DNA from: Trueperaceae bacterium
GTDB taxonomy: Bacteria; Deinococcota; Deinococci; Deinococcales; Trueperaceae
NCBI GenBank assembly: GCA_965215565.1
Contig: CBDCDZ010000004.1
Span: 1,440,001 to 1,504,000, forward strand
Direction of reading: 5' to 3'
DNA: 64,000 nucleotides
The position numbers and the translations under genes are program-made. Every line of letters starts with the position of its first letter. The stretch's first letter is position 1. Below, in pieces: positions 28,661 to 38,537 of this stretch. The notes under the pieces were generated by a model. The model was not told the origin of the DNA. It searched no databases and was given only the letters and a program-made list of their open reading frames with translations.

Positions 28661-30067
28661 TCAGCGCCCGCTTTCGTATCCGAAAAGCTCGCGCTCTTTG
28701 ATGAGCTGCCCCACTTCGGAGGGCACCATCTCCTCCCAGGAGGAATCTTGGCTGCGGATTTTAGCGAGGACCTCGTGCGAGAAGATATGCAAGTAGTCTT
28801 CGTTGTAGCAGTCGATCTGCTCGAGGTAGTCGTTATGACACAGATGCTTGTAGAGGTAGCGCAGATGCGCGGGAACCTCGTACGTGTCGGTGGTGACGAG
28901 TTCGTTCGTTTCGCCGTCTCTCGTCGGATAGATGTAGAGCTTGAGGTCACCCTTAAAAAGTCGTCCGAACGCCTCTAACACGCCGCCGTCTAGGTCATCG
29001 TAAATGTCTTCGTCGAAGAGGTTGCCGATGCTCGGGATGCCCATCGCAAGCGCGATAGGCTGGCTTGAGTAGCGCCGCAAGTAGGCGGCTAGGCGGTAGT
29101 ACTCGAAATAGTTGGAGACGAGCACGATGGTGTCGGTAGCTTCGAGCACGTCCGCGCGGTCCAAGAAGTCGCGGTAGTCAAGCTCGCCGTCGGCGCGCAA
29201 ATCTTGCAGGGTCAACTCCATGATAGGGACGATGTTGTCCTCTTCGAAGCGGCGCGAGAACTGCTGACGCGCACTCTCTAAAATGTCCAAGTTGACATAC
29301 GTCACCGGGCGGAAGCGGCCGCGCTCGACCAGGATGGGCTTCTTGTAGAGCACCTCGGCGGCGTGAAGCACGCTGCCGTCTGTAGCGAACATCGCCGCTT
29401 GGCTGAGCCCTAGCTGCACCAGCTTGAGGCTGACGATGCGCGAATCCACCCCTTCGAAGGCGGGACCCGAGAGCTTGACCATGTCCACTTCGATGCGCTC
29501 GGTGGAGAGGTCGTCTAAAAGGCAGCGCAAGAAGCTGTCAGGCTCCTCGAAGTACTCGAACGCCGCGTAGATGAGGTTGACGCCCAGGACGCCTAGCGCC
29601 TCTTGCTGCGCCCGGTTCTCGCGGTCGAGCATCCGCACGTGCGTCAGAATTTGGCTGGGCTCGCCCCCCGGCGTCGCTTGGTAGCGGATGCCCATCCAGC
29701 CGTGGCACTCGTCGCCGCCATTATAGGAGCGTGCCCGCACCGTGTTCGCAAAGGCGAAGAACTGGGGTGCGTCGCGGTCTTCGGCTAACCTGTCGGTCAA
29801 GAGGTCATATTCGTATTGGAGCATCGTCTCGAGCCGCGCCCTGGATACGTAGCGCGGCGACTCGCCGTAGATGGCGTCGCTGACCGTCATGTCGTACGCC
29901 GAGATGGACTTCGCAATCGTGCCCGCCGCCGCGCCCGCTTGGAAAAACCACCGCACAACCTCTTGCCCCGCGCCGATTTCAGCAAAGGTGCCGTAGCGCT
30001 CCGAATTCATATTGAGTTCAAACGCTTTTTGCTGCGTGCCGACTTTTTGTCTGTCCGTACTGTCCAC
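28661..30067 (-). CDS. Conserved protein of the YGTFAEIGAGQEV family (function unclear)
   Basis: YGTFAEIGAGQEVVRWFF.AG.AAGTIAK..SAYDM..SDAIYG; RG.FRPVT..N resembles a HIGH-like nucleotidyltransferase motif. Confidence 0.7.
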   Translation of the reverse strand: MDSTDRQKVGTQQKAFELNMNSERYGTFAEIGAGQEVVRWFFQAGAAAGTIAKSISAYDMTVSDAIYGESPRYVSRARLETMLQYEYDLLTDRLAEDRDAPQFFAFANTVRARSYNGGDECHGWMGIRYQATPGGEPSQILTHVRMLDRENRAQQEALGVLGVNLIYAAFEYFEEPDSFLRCLLDDLSTERIEVDMVKLSGPAFEGVDSRIVSLKLVQLGLSQAAMFATDGSVLHAAEVLYKKPILVERGRFRPVTYVNLDILESARQQFSRRFEEDNIVPIMELTLQDLRADGELDYRDFLDRADVLEATDTIVLVSNYFEYYRLAAYLRRYSSQPIALAMGIPSIGNLFDEDIYDDLDGGVLEAFGRLFKGDLKLYIYPTRDGETNELVTTDTYEVPAHLRYLYKHLCHNDYLEQIDCYNEDYLHIFSHEVLAKIRSQDSSWEEMVPSEVGQLIKERELFGYESGR

Positions 30068-30240
30068 AACCCACCACCAAACGTTAGCTAGAGTTCACCA
30101 CCGGAACGAACGCTTTATCACCAACATATCAAAGTATCACATGTGCCGGTGCTGCGTGCCCGAAGCGAGGTTCTAAGCAGGAGGGAGACGCTGTAAGCCG
30201 CGCCCTAATGTGCGGAGCGCAGGGCGCTATAGAGTAACGC

Positions 30241-30561
30241 ATGTCAATTTCAGGAACGCTTACAGTAACGGACAACGGACAGGAGCGCAGGCTCGAGTGC
30301 TCAGGCGATTTGGAGCGGTTCAAAGTCGAGAGCACCGGCGACGTGGTGCGCGGCAAGCTCCACGTGCCCGACGAGGCGATAGGACCGCTGCAAGACGCTA
30401 TGCGCGTGCAGGCAACGAGCGACGAAGACGCCCTGGTGCACTACTCGGGCGAGGTCTACGACCAGGGTCGCGAGGGTACGAGCGTTGTTACAGACTTGCC
30501 GCTGATGGTGCGCGGCATGGACGGGGCGAACGACGTGATGTTTGAGACCAAAGGGACCTAG
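30241..30561 (+). CDS. Hypothetical protein
   Basis: 106 aa ORF with host-like codon usage, TAGAGT just upstream. Confidence 0.65.
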   Translation: MSISGTLTVTDNGQERRLECSGDLERFKVESTGDVVRGKLHVPDEAIGPLQDAMRVQATSDEDALVHYSGEVYDQGREGTSVVTDLPLMVRGMDGANDVMFETKGT

Positions 30562-30562
30562 C

Positions 30563-31063
30563 TTGACTCAATCTCGAGAGGTCTGGCTGCGCGGACCTCT
30601 GCCTGATACGCCGCCCCACCTACAGGGTATCGCGCACGCCCTCTTGCAAGCGCGGGAAGAGGTGGACGCGCTTACCACAGACTTCCCCGATGCGTTGCTC
30701 TGGGAAAAACCCGCCGGTGTCGCGCCTGTCGGGTTTCATTTGCAACACTTAAAAGGTGTTTTAGAGCGGCTTTTTACCTATGCGAGAGGTGAGCAGCTTA
30801 GTGAAGAACAGTTGAAGAGATTGAACGCTGAGGGTAAACGCATATCAACGACTCGAGACCTTTATGAAGCTTTTAGTGAAGAGGTTGAGCGGGCGTTGGA
30901 ACAACTGCGTAATTTGGATGAAGAGGGGTTAGTGGAGGTTAGGGAGGTGGGGCGTCAGCGCTTGCCCTCTACCGTGATAGGACTCTACACGCACGCAGCA
31001 GAACACACGATGCGGCACGTCGGACAGCTTTTGGTGACGGTGCGAATTTTAAGGAATCAGTAG
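30563..31063 (+). CDS. DinB family protein
   Basis: EVWLRGP, VGFHLQHL.G..ERL.TYA, HAAEHTMRHVGQ. Confidence 0.88.
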   Translation: MTQSREVWLRGPLPDTPPHLQGIAHALLQAREEVDALTTDFPDALLWEKPAGVAPVGFHLQHLKGVLERLFTYARGEQLSEEQLKRLNAEGKRISTTRDLYEAFSEEVERALEQLRNLDEEGLVEVREVGRQRLPSTVIGLYTHAAEHTMRHVGQLLVTVRILRNQ

Positions 31064-31141
31064 TCAGAATCCAGTAGTTTCTCTTAGCTCGACCTCTTGA
31101 AATTTCGCACAATCGTCTTGTTAAGTGAGGGAGTGAGCGGC

Positions 31142-31169
31142 ATAGGGGGGATTCGTGAATCCCCCCTAC
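31142..31169. repeat. GTAG-type REP-like palindrome
   Basis: ATAGGGGGGATTCGTGAATCCCCCCTAC hairpin. Confidence 0.55.
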
Positions 31170-31214
31170 CCCCTACCGCATTTGCCTCTTAACCTCTCGG
31201 TTTCTAGCCCGTCG

Positions 31215-32834
31215 TCAGTTTGTAGACGCAGCCTCCAAATCCTCCTGCAACTCCGCCTGTCTAAGCGAGCGAGTCGCTGCCAAATCGTAGAGAAGCGTAT
31301 CCGCCGCGCCCGCCTGCTGATACACACGCTGCCACCGCTCGCGCTCTTCTAACCCCAAATTGAGATGTACCACCGTCGTATTTTCTAAGGGAAGCTCAGC
31401 AGGTTGCACCGCCGCTGGCGAGTGGTCTTCGCCGTTGCCAAAAACCACTAAGACCTTCTCCCCTTCTGCCTCATTCAGATAAAACGCCGCCGCCCGCAAC
31501 GCCTCGCTCAGCCCTGTACCGAAATCCGTATCTACCTCGGTTGGCAGCGCGTCTCTCAGGGTGATGAAGAAGTCGTAGCGCTCCAACTGACTGCTCGGAT
31601 ACGTCGCGTTAAAGAGGGCGCTGTAAGTTGCGTCGAGATTCCCCGGCGCACGAATCGGGATGACGATGAGCCTGTCGCCCCGTTCTAAAAGGGCGCGTTG
31701 CGGCGACGGGTCCGCCCAGGAGAGAACCGTCTGGTTCGTCTCCTGAATGCGCTCGGCTTCGGAGCCCGTCGCGTCGATTAAAACGACGTATGTCGCCGCC
31801 TGAGTGATACCCCAACCGCTCAGGATGAGCATAAAGGCGAGCACTTCAACCGTGCGCCCACGCCCTCCACCGCGCCTTCCACCCCTTCGCACAAGGTGGC
31901 TCAGCCACACGAGCGTCCAGCCTACCGTCGTCGCCAAAAACGCCCACGTACTGTAGAGGACGCTCTGCATTTTGAGGAGAAGTCGCCCGAACGCGATCAT
32001 CAGCATCGCCCAGACACGGAACATGGCGCTTTGCGTTTTTAAGAGGAGCCGTCCGAGCGTAATCGCGACAACCGTCCAGAGCGCCACGACAGCAAAGGCG
32101 AGCGCACGGAAGAGGGCGCTCAGAATGTCCATGAGCCCCGCGCCGTAGCGCAGGTCGCTGAGCGCACGTACCAGCAGCATTCGGCTGTGCCGCCCGACGA
32201 TGCCCAAGTAGATGACCACCGCGCTCAGACCTAACGCGAGCACGACCGCGCCCCACTGCGCGACTGAGAGGTAGGCTTGCGGCAACTCGCTATCTAAGCC
32301 GAGTTGCAACCGAAGCTGCCTGTCCGACGCCTCCGCCGCGCCGCGCAACCAGGCGAGCCACAACTCGAGCCCCAAGATAAAAATCAGGCCCATATTATTG
32401 CCGAGCCACGCCAAGCTGCGGCGCGTCAGCCCTTCCCAGAGGGGTTTGTCCGAGAAGTTAGGCAGGGGCGGCGGAGTCGGTTGCAACACTTTGGCGAGAA
32501 AGACTGCAATAAGAGGCAGCACGCCCATCACGCCGCCGACGCTCTGCGCGGGCAGCCGGAGCCATGCGGAGAGCCCTAACGGGTCTTCGCACGAGGGAAT
32601 CGTCACGACTTTACAGGTCAGCGATTCGTAGAAGCCGCCGATGAGACTTAGGAAGTAGAGGACGACGTAAGTTGTCAGCGTCAACGCGCCCAAGCCTAGA
32701 AGAAGCTGCACGAGCGAGCCGAGGTTAGAGGAACTATCCGCGGTTGCGTAGCGGCGCATGAGGTTAGGGAGAAGCCCCAATAGGATGATGGCGATAAGGA
32801 TGGCGGCGAAAGTGGTGAGGTTAAAAGGTAGCAT
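31215..32834 (-). CDS. Polytopic membrane protein with C-terminal VWA-like domain
   Basis: Many TM segments, then VVLIDATGS ... TGLSEAL ... VLVVFGNGED (degenerate MIDAS). Confidence 0.65.
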   Translation of the reverse strand: MLPFNLTTFAAILIAIILLGLLPNLMRRYATADSSSNLGSLVQLLLGLGALTLTTYVVLYFLSLIGGFYESLTCKVVTIPSCEDPLGLSAWLRLPAQSVGGVMGVLPLIAVFLAKVLQPTPPPLPNFSDKPLWEGLTRRSLAWLGNNMGLIFILGLELWLAWLRGAAEASDRQLRLQLGLDSELPQAYLSVAQWGAVVLALGLSAVVIYLGIVGRHSRMLLVRALSDLRYGAGLMDILSALFRALAFAVVALWTVVAITLGRLLLKTQSAMFRVWAMLMIAFGRLLLKMQSVLYSTWAFLATTVGWTLVWLSHLVRRGGRRGGGRGRTVEVLAFMLILSGWGITQAATYVVLIDATGSEAERIQETNQTVLSWADPSPQRALLERGDRLIVIPIRAPGNLDATYSALFNATYPSSQLERYDFFITLRDALPTEVDTDFGTGLSEALRAAAFYLNEAEGEKVLVVFGNGEDHSPAAVQPAELPLENTTVVHLNLGLEERERWQRVYQQAGAADTLLYDLAATRSLRQAELQEDLEAASTN

Positions 32835-32846
32835 AATTTCGAGACC

Positions 32847-33134
32847 CTAAAGAACGTAGGTGATGAGAAGCCAGATGCCGAAGCCCAATAAGATGAGCGT
32901 CAAGGCGTTCACGCCGACGCGGAAGGCTAAGCGGTCCTCATCGTCTACTTGGATTTTGCGGATGTCCTCGGAGTGGGGTACGGGGGAATGAGGTTCGCTC
33001 AAGCGGGGTTCTTTCTGCCCCCTAACCTCTTCCTGCTCTCGCTGGCGTATGAGGTCATCCTCATAAGGTTCGACCCGTTCAGGTAATTCCGCCAACGCTC
33101 TGTCATCGGCGTCTCTCCAACCGTTTGTCGGCAT
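32847..33134 (-). CDS. Small hypothetical protein with C-terminal TM helix
   Basis: GAAGGAG SD before ATG 33134; 12 bp upstream of the VWA gene. Confidence 0.6.
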   Translation of the reverse strand: MPTNGWRDADDRALAELPERVEPYEDDLIRQREQEEVRGQKEPRLSEPHSPVPHSEDIRKIQVDDEDRLAFRVGVNALTLILLGFGIWLLITYVL

Positions 33135-33287
33135 GAAAGCTCCTTCTCGTTCGCTTACAGTCTGACGCCGGATAAGGCGCACCGTTCTCTATAGCGTAAC
33201 GGTTTGTACGACTGGGATTCACAAAGGGCGCTACTTGAGGCTCTTCATCAAGCGTCTACGTTTCACCTGCTATACCGTGATATTTGT

Positions 33288-33450
33288 TAGCAGTTCCACG
33301 ACATACTGAGACAGTTGAGCGCAGATCTCTGTCCGCAAGGACTAGCGTTACGGGCAGGCCGCCCTGCCGTTGCGGGATTTCATCCCTCGAGGTGCGTGCT
33401 AGACTGTTCATTTCTCACTAAGGGTGTCTCTGACCAGATGATACCTGCTA
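33288..33450 (+). mobile_element. Family A MITE-like repeat
   Basis: TAGCAGTTCCACGACATACTGAGAC ... CCAGATGATACCTGCTA; core close to reverse complement of 50160-50343. Confidence 0.85.
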
Positions 33451-33527
33451 TGTACAGTGACATCCTCCACGACACCCCTACCCTCCTAAACGTTATGGTG
33501 TCTCATTCTAAAATGGGGATGTTCACC

Positions 33528-36500
33528 ATGCGCCCGAATTTACACACACCTCAGCACGCGCTCAATAAGGCGTTTAGAAAGGTCAAACCCAACCGCGCAG
33601 ACTTCGAGACCTTTAAGGCGCAGCTTCACGCGCTCTTAGCAGGCGTCAAAGCGGGCGAGTCCGAGGAGTTTCACAAGAACCTCATCCGCGACTTTCTCCA
33701 GACCAGCTACTACGGCGCGGACCACTTCATCAATACGAAGGGGCGCAACGACCTCGTCATCCACGAGGGCAAGACCGACACGTCGCCCGTCGGGGTCATC
33801 CTCGAGACCAAAAAACCCGACAACAAGAGCGAGATGCTCACTCCAAACGACCTCAACCGCAAAGCGCTCCACGAACTCATCCTGTACTACCTGAGGGGGC
33901 GCGTCGCGAATCAAAACTTGAGCGTCAAGCACCTCATCGCCACGAACACCTTTGAGTGGTTCATCTTCGACTCGAGCGACTTCGAGAAGCGGTTCGTCGA
34001 AAATAAGGCGTTCGTCAAGCGGTACGAAGACTTCGCGGCGGGACGCTTGTCGAGCAGCAAGACCGAGTTTTTCTATAGCGACATCGCGGAGCCGTTTATC
34101 AAAGGGTTGAGCGACCCTCTCCCCTTTACGCACGTGGACTTGCGCGACTACCAACCGGGCGAGACGAGCGAAAAGAAGCTCATCACCCTCTACAAGCTTT
34201 TCTCGCCTGAGCACCTGCTCAAGTTGCCCTTCGCTAACGACAGCAACACGCTCGATAGACGCTTCTACGCCGAGCTTCTCCACATCATCGGGCTGAGCGA
34301 GGTCAAAGAGGGCGGCAAAAAGCTGATTGTACGGCAAGCTGAGAGCGAGCGCGGCGAGGCGTCGCTCATCGAAAACGCCATGATTCAGTTGGACGACAAA
34401 GGCAAGCTGAGCCGCTTAGCGCATCCTGCCCACTATGGCAACACTAGGGAAGAACGGCTTTTCAACGTCGCGTTAGAACTCGCCATTACCTGGATCAACC
34501 GCATCCTCTTTCTCAAACTGCTCGAGTCACAACTCAAAAGCCATCATCAGGGGAGCGAGGACTACGCCTTTCTCAACAGCCAACGCCTGCACAACTACGA
34601 CGACTTAAACACCCTCTTCTTCCACGTGCTTGCCAAACCCGTCAACGAGCGCCGCGCGTCGGTTTCCGAGTTCGCGCACGTGCCGTACCTCAACTCGAGC
34701 CTCTTCGAACTCAGCGAACTCGAGCACCGCACCCTCGACATGAGCGCCCTGCGCGACGAACGCGAACTAGGGCTCTATTCCAGCACCGTCCTCAAAGACG
34801 CACAGGGCAAAAAGCGCACGGGCAAGCTCAACACGCTCGACTACCTCTTCGCCTTCTTAGACGCCTACGACTTCAGCAGCGAAGGCTCCGAAGCGGTGCA
34901 AGAGGAGCGTAAAACCCTCATTAACGCCTCGGTCTTGGGGCTCATCTTCGAGAAGATCAACGGCTACAAAGACGGCTCCTTCTTCACGCCGGGCTTCATC
35001 ACCATGTACATGTGCCGTGAAAGCATCCGCCGCGCGGTGCTGCAAAAGTTCAACGCGGTCAAAGGTTGGCGCTGCGAGACAGTGGACGACCTCTACAACA
35101 AGATTGACGACAAGCGCGAAGCCAACGCTATCATCAACAGCCTCAAACTCTGCGACCCGGCGGTGGGCTCCGGTCACTTCCTCGTCTCGGCGCTGAACGA
35201 ACTCCTGACCCTCAAGAGCGACCTCAAAATCTTGCTGGACGAGCACGGCAAGACCCTGCGCGACTACACCCTAGAGGTCAGCAACGACGAACTCGTCCTC
35301 ACCGACGATGACGGCGAGCTGTTCGCGTACAATCCCAAAAACCCCGAGAGCCAGCGCGTCCAAAAGACCCTCTTTTCTGAGAAGCAAACCCTCATCGAAA
35401 ATTGCTTGTTCGGCGTGGACATCAACCCCAACAGCGTCAAGATATGCCGCTTACGGCTCTGGATCGAACTCCTCAAACACGCCTACTACAAAGAGGTGGA
35501 TAAAGGCGAGAGGCAGCTCGAGACCCTGCCCAACATCGACATCAACATCAAAGTCGGCAACTCGCTCATCAGCCGCTTTCCCCTAGACGCCGACCTCAAA
35601 AAAGCGCTCAAAAAGAGCAAGCTCAGCGTGGCGGACTACCGCAGGGCGGTCAACACCTACCGCAACGCCACCGACAAAGAAGAGAAGCGCGAGATGGAAA
35701 GCCTCATCGGGCGCATTAAGAGAGACTTCCGCACCGAAATCGCCGCGAATGACCCCAAAGTCATCCGCTTAGAGAACCTCAAGGTCAAACTGGCAACCCT
35801 GGAACAAGCCCAACTCTTCGAGGAGAGCGCCGCGCAGAAAAAAGAGCGCGAAAAGCTCGCCAAAGACATCGCCAAGCTCGCCGCCGACATCGAAGAGATT
35901 CGGAGCAACCAAATCTTCGAAAACGCCTTCGAGTGGCGCTTCGAGTTCCCGGAAGTGCTGAATGACGACGGCGCGTTCGTGGGCTTCAATGTGATTTTAG
36001 GCAATCCGCCCTACATCCGCCAAGAGTCGATTGGCAGCGCGGTCAAAGAGCAACTCGGGCGCACCTACGGGGCGTATCACGGCAGCGCCGACCTGCTCGT
36101 CTACTTCGTAGAACTCGGTGTCAACCTCTTGAGCACCCAGGGCACATTCAGCTACATCACCGCGAACAAATGGATACGGGCGAACTACGGCAAGGCACTC
36201 CGCCGCTGGCTCAAAGAGAAACACCTCTTGCAAATTATCGACTACGGCGACCTCCCCGTCTTCGAAGAGGCGACCCCCTACCCCTGCATCCTCTCGGTTG
36301 CGAATGAACCAGAGGAAGAGAGCGCTAAACCCAGCAGTAAAGCCGTGCAAATCGTCAAGATGGAAAACCTAGAGGACGACCTCCACGACTACGTCGCCAC
36401 GCACGCCTACGCCCAACCCGTCGCAGAACTGGACGACAGCGGCTGGTCCTTAGCCAGCAAGGACGCGCAAAAGGTTTTAGACAAGATAAGCAAAGCGGGC

Positions 36501-37340
36501 GTGCCGCTAGAGCAGTATGTAGATGGGCAAATTTTCATTGGAGTCAAAACTGGATACAACAGAGCGTTTATTATTGATGAGGAGACAAGAGAAAAGCTCA
36601 TTGAAGAGGACCCGAAAAGTGAGGAGCTAATTAAACCTTATCTTGTCGGACGAGAAATCAAGAGATACCGCTTATTATCAGTAGAACGGTATCTGATATT
36701 CACGCGGCGCGGTACAGATATAGACCAGTATCCTGCTATCAAGAGACACCTGACTAAATTTAGAGAGGACCTGGAGCCTAAACCGAAAAACTGGCAAGGT
36801 AGAGAATGGAAAGGTAGAAAATCAGGCACTTACAACTGGTGGGAAATTCAAGACAATGTGGCGTACTTTCAAGAGTTCGAGAAACCCAAAATTGCATACT
36901 CTGAAATTGCCTCACGTGGTCAATTCACGATAGATGAAGGTCAAACATACTTTGACATGACAGCGTTCATTCTCGGCTCTGACTCTAAATACTTACTAGG
37001 AATTTTGAACTCGACCCTGTGGACATACATTTTTTCTAGCGTGAGTTCGCAAATACGCGGCGGATTTCTTCGGTGGAAGCGTCAATATATAGCTCCTCTC
37101 CCCATTCGCACCCTCAACCTCTCCAACCCAACCGAACAAGAGCAGCGTGAGCGCATGACGCGGCTGGTGGACGAGATGCTGGGGCTGCATGAACAGAAGG
37201 CGGGCGCGGCGGGCGCGGAGTTGGAGCGGGTGACGGGCGAGATTGCGGCGCTGGACGCTCAGATAGACGCGCTGGTGTATGAGCTTTATGGGCTCACAGA
37301 AGAAGAGGTGGAGGTTGTGGAGGCGGCGGTGGCGGGATGA
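33528..37340 (+). CDS. Type IIG restriction-modification enzyme (fused REase, m6A MTase and TRD; Eco57I-like)
   Basis: DLVIH...ILETKKP nuclease motif, DPAVGSGHFL motif I, GNPPY motif IV, C-terminal KPKI..SEI / YLLGILNS; the ORF-track extension to 33315 runs through a MITE. Confidence 0.92.
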   Translation: MRPNLHTPQHALNKAFRKVKPNRADFETFKAQLHALLAGVKAGESEEFHKNLIRDFLQTSYYGADHFINTKGRNDLVIHEGKTDTSPVGVILETKKPDNKSEMLTPNDLNRKALHELILYYLRGRVANQNLSVKHLIATNTFEWFIFDSSDFEKRFVENKAFVKRYEDFAAGRLSSSKTEFFYSDIAEPFIKGLSDPLPFTHVDLRDYQPGETSEKKLITLYKLFSPEHLLKLPFANDSNTLDRRFYAELLHIIGLSEVKEGGKKLIVRQAESERGEASLIENAMIQLDDKGKLSRLAHPAHYGNTREERLFNVALELAITWINRILFLKLLESQLKSHHQGSEDYAFLNSQRLHNYDDLNTLFFHVLAKPVNERRASVSEFAHVPYLNSSLFELSELEHRTLDMSALRDERELGLYSSTVLKDAQGKKRTGKLNTLDYLFAFLDAYDFSSEGSEAVQEERKTLINASVLGLIFEKINGYKDGSFFTPGFITMYMCRESIRRAVLQKFNAVKGWRCETVDDLYNKIDDKREANAIINSLKLCDPAVGSGHFLVSALNELLTLKSDLKILLDEHGKTLRDYTLEVSNDELVLTDDDGELFAYNPKNPESQRVQKTLFSEKQTLIENCLFGVDINPNSVKICRLRLWIELLKHAYYKEVDKGERQLETLPNIDINIKVGNSLISRFPLDADLKKALKKSKLSVADYRRAVNTYRNATDKEEKREMESLIGRIKRDFRTEIAANDPKVIRLENLKVKLATLEQAQLFEESAAQKKEREKLAKDIAKLAADIEEIRSNQIFENAFEWRFEFPEVLNDDGAFVGFNVILGNPPYIRQESIGSAVKEQLGRTYGAYHGSADLLVYFVELGVNLLSTQGTFSYITANKWIRANYGKALRRWLKEKHLLQIIDYGDLPVFEEATPYPCILSVANEPEEESAKPSSKAVQIVKMENLEDDLHDYVATHAYAQPVAELDDSGWSLASKDAQKVLDKISKAGVPLEQYVDGQIFIGVKTGYNRAFIIDEETREKLIEEDPKSEELIKPYLVGREIKRYRLLSVERYLIFTRRGTDIDQYPAIKRHLTKFREDLEPKPKNWQGREWKGRKSGTYNWWEIQDNVAYFQEFEKPKIAYSEIASRGQFTIDEGQTYFDMTAFILGSDSKYLLGILNSTLWTYIFSSVSSQIRGGFLRWKRQYIAPLPIRTLNLSNPTEQEQRERMTRLVDEMLGLHEQKAGAAGAELERVTGEIAALDAQIDALVYELYGLTEEEVEVVEAAVAG

Positions 37341-37395
37341 GCCTCGAGTAGACTTCGTACATTGACTTATAACCCTATGTACTATAATCTAATTG

Positions 37396-37710
37396 ATGAG
37401 CGTTTTTGTTGAAACTCCCATCTTCCACCAGCTCATCGGCAAACTTCTAAATGATGAGGGGTTGCGTGCCCTGCAAAATGAGCTGCTCGAGAATCCTACA
37501 AAGGGCACGGTTATTCGTGGCGGGGGCGGGCTTCGTAAGGTGCGCTTTACCGACCCTTCACGCGGCAAGGGTAAAAGGGGCGGCATTCGTGTTATCTACG
37601 CTATTCAAGGAGAACGCATCACCTTATTACTCGCTTATAGCAAAGACGTTCAGGACGACTTGACCCCAAGGCAGATCAAGATTTTGCGGAACACTCTCGA
37701 GGAGGAATGA
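37396..37710 (+). CDS. RelE/HigB-type toxin
   Basis: FVETPIF, NP.KG.VI.GGGGLRKVR, GKGKRGGIRVIY, LLLAYSK. Confidence 0.9.
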   Translation: MSVFVETPIFHQLIGKLLNDEGLRALQNELLENPTKGTVIRGGGGLRKVRFTDPSRGKGKRGGIRVIYAIQGERITLLLAYSKDVQDDLTPRQIKILRNTLEEE

Positions 37711-38003
37711 TGGAAGACAAACTTTTCGACGACCTCATTACTAGTGTCAAACAGATGAAAGCGATTGAGAAGGGCGAGCTAGAACCCGCCAGGGTGACGG
37801 TACTGGAAGATGGTACGCCTAGGGTCTCTGATGTGCGGCGCACCCTCGGGCTCTCTCAAGCCGAGTTCGGCACGCTCTTAGGGGTCAGCAAGCACACGGT
37901 TATCGGTTGGGAGCAGGGGCGGCGTGTGCCGAGCGGGGCGGCGCGAACGCTGCTTAAAATTGCGGCGAAGCATCCTGAGGTGGTATTGGGGGTAAGGCAA
38001 TGA
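37707..38003 (+). CDS. HigA-like XRE HTH antitoxin
   Basis: VRRTLGLSQAEFG.LLGVS..TV..WEQGRR.PSGAARTLL; ATGA overlap with the toxin. Confidence 0.9.
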   Translation: MMEDKLFDDLITSVKQMKAIEKGELEPARVTVLEDGTPRVSDVRRTLGLSQAEFGTLLGVSKHTVIGWEQGRRVPSGAARTLLKIAAKHPEVVLGVRQ

Positions 38004-38203
38004 GTATTGAAGAAGCGGTCTTGGAGAAGTTGCGTAAATTGCCACCAGCGCGGCAGCTTGAGGTGCTTGACTTTGTGGAGTTCTTGGAGAGCAAAATAAG
38101 TCAGCGGCAAGCGGCGCTGGCGCGAATGCTCGAGGCGAGTCAAGGTGCGGTGGTGTCTGAAGATTATGTGGCTGAACTCGAGCGTATGCGCTCTGCTGAG
38201 TAG
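38000..38203 (+). CDS. DUF2281-like small protein (putative antitoxin)
   Basis: LRKLPPARQLEVLDFVEFL signature. Confidence 0.75.
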   Translation: MSIEEAVLEKLRKLPPARQLEVLDFVEFLESKISQRQAALARMLEASQGAVVSEDYVAELERMRSAE

Positions 38204-38266
38204 AGATGCAAGTCTGATCACTGCCTGATTTATCCCTTTTGTATCAACAATAATATATACTGAGTT

Positions 38267-38537
38267 ATGCGGTTCGTGTGGGATGATGCTAACTTGGAGC
38301 ACATCGCTAAACGAGGGTGGGAAGCGGAAGACGTGGAAGAAGCACCCCTACCGCATCCGCACGGACGCTTACAACATACCTTTCGAGAAGCGCCGAGCTA
38401 TCACAGGTCAAACAAACTATGGCGTCATCATCACGATTGTTTATACGGTAGAAGGTGAAGCCGTTCGCCCTTTCTCCGTACAGATTAAACGTAAAGAGGT
38501 TGAGCGCTACAAGAGGATGCGAAAGGGGAAACAATGA
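38267..38537 (+). pseudogene. BrnT family toxin, frameshifted
   Basis: MRFVWDDANLEHIAKRG..AEDVEEA in one frame continues as HPYR...EKRRAITGQT..G.II.IVYT...AVRPFS in another; shift near 38342. Confidence 0.75.

Noticed and set aside
33315..33527. 71-aa N-terminal extension of the type IIG ORF and the similar ORF at 50122-50316
   Set aside because: Both are translations of the family A repeat, not protein domains.
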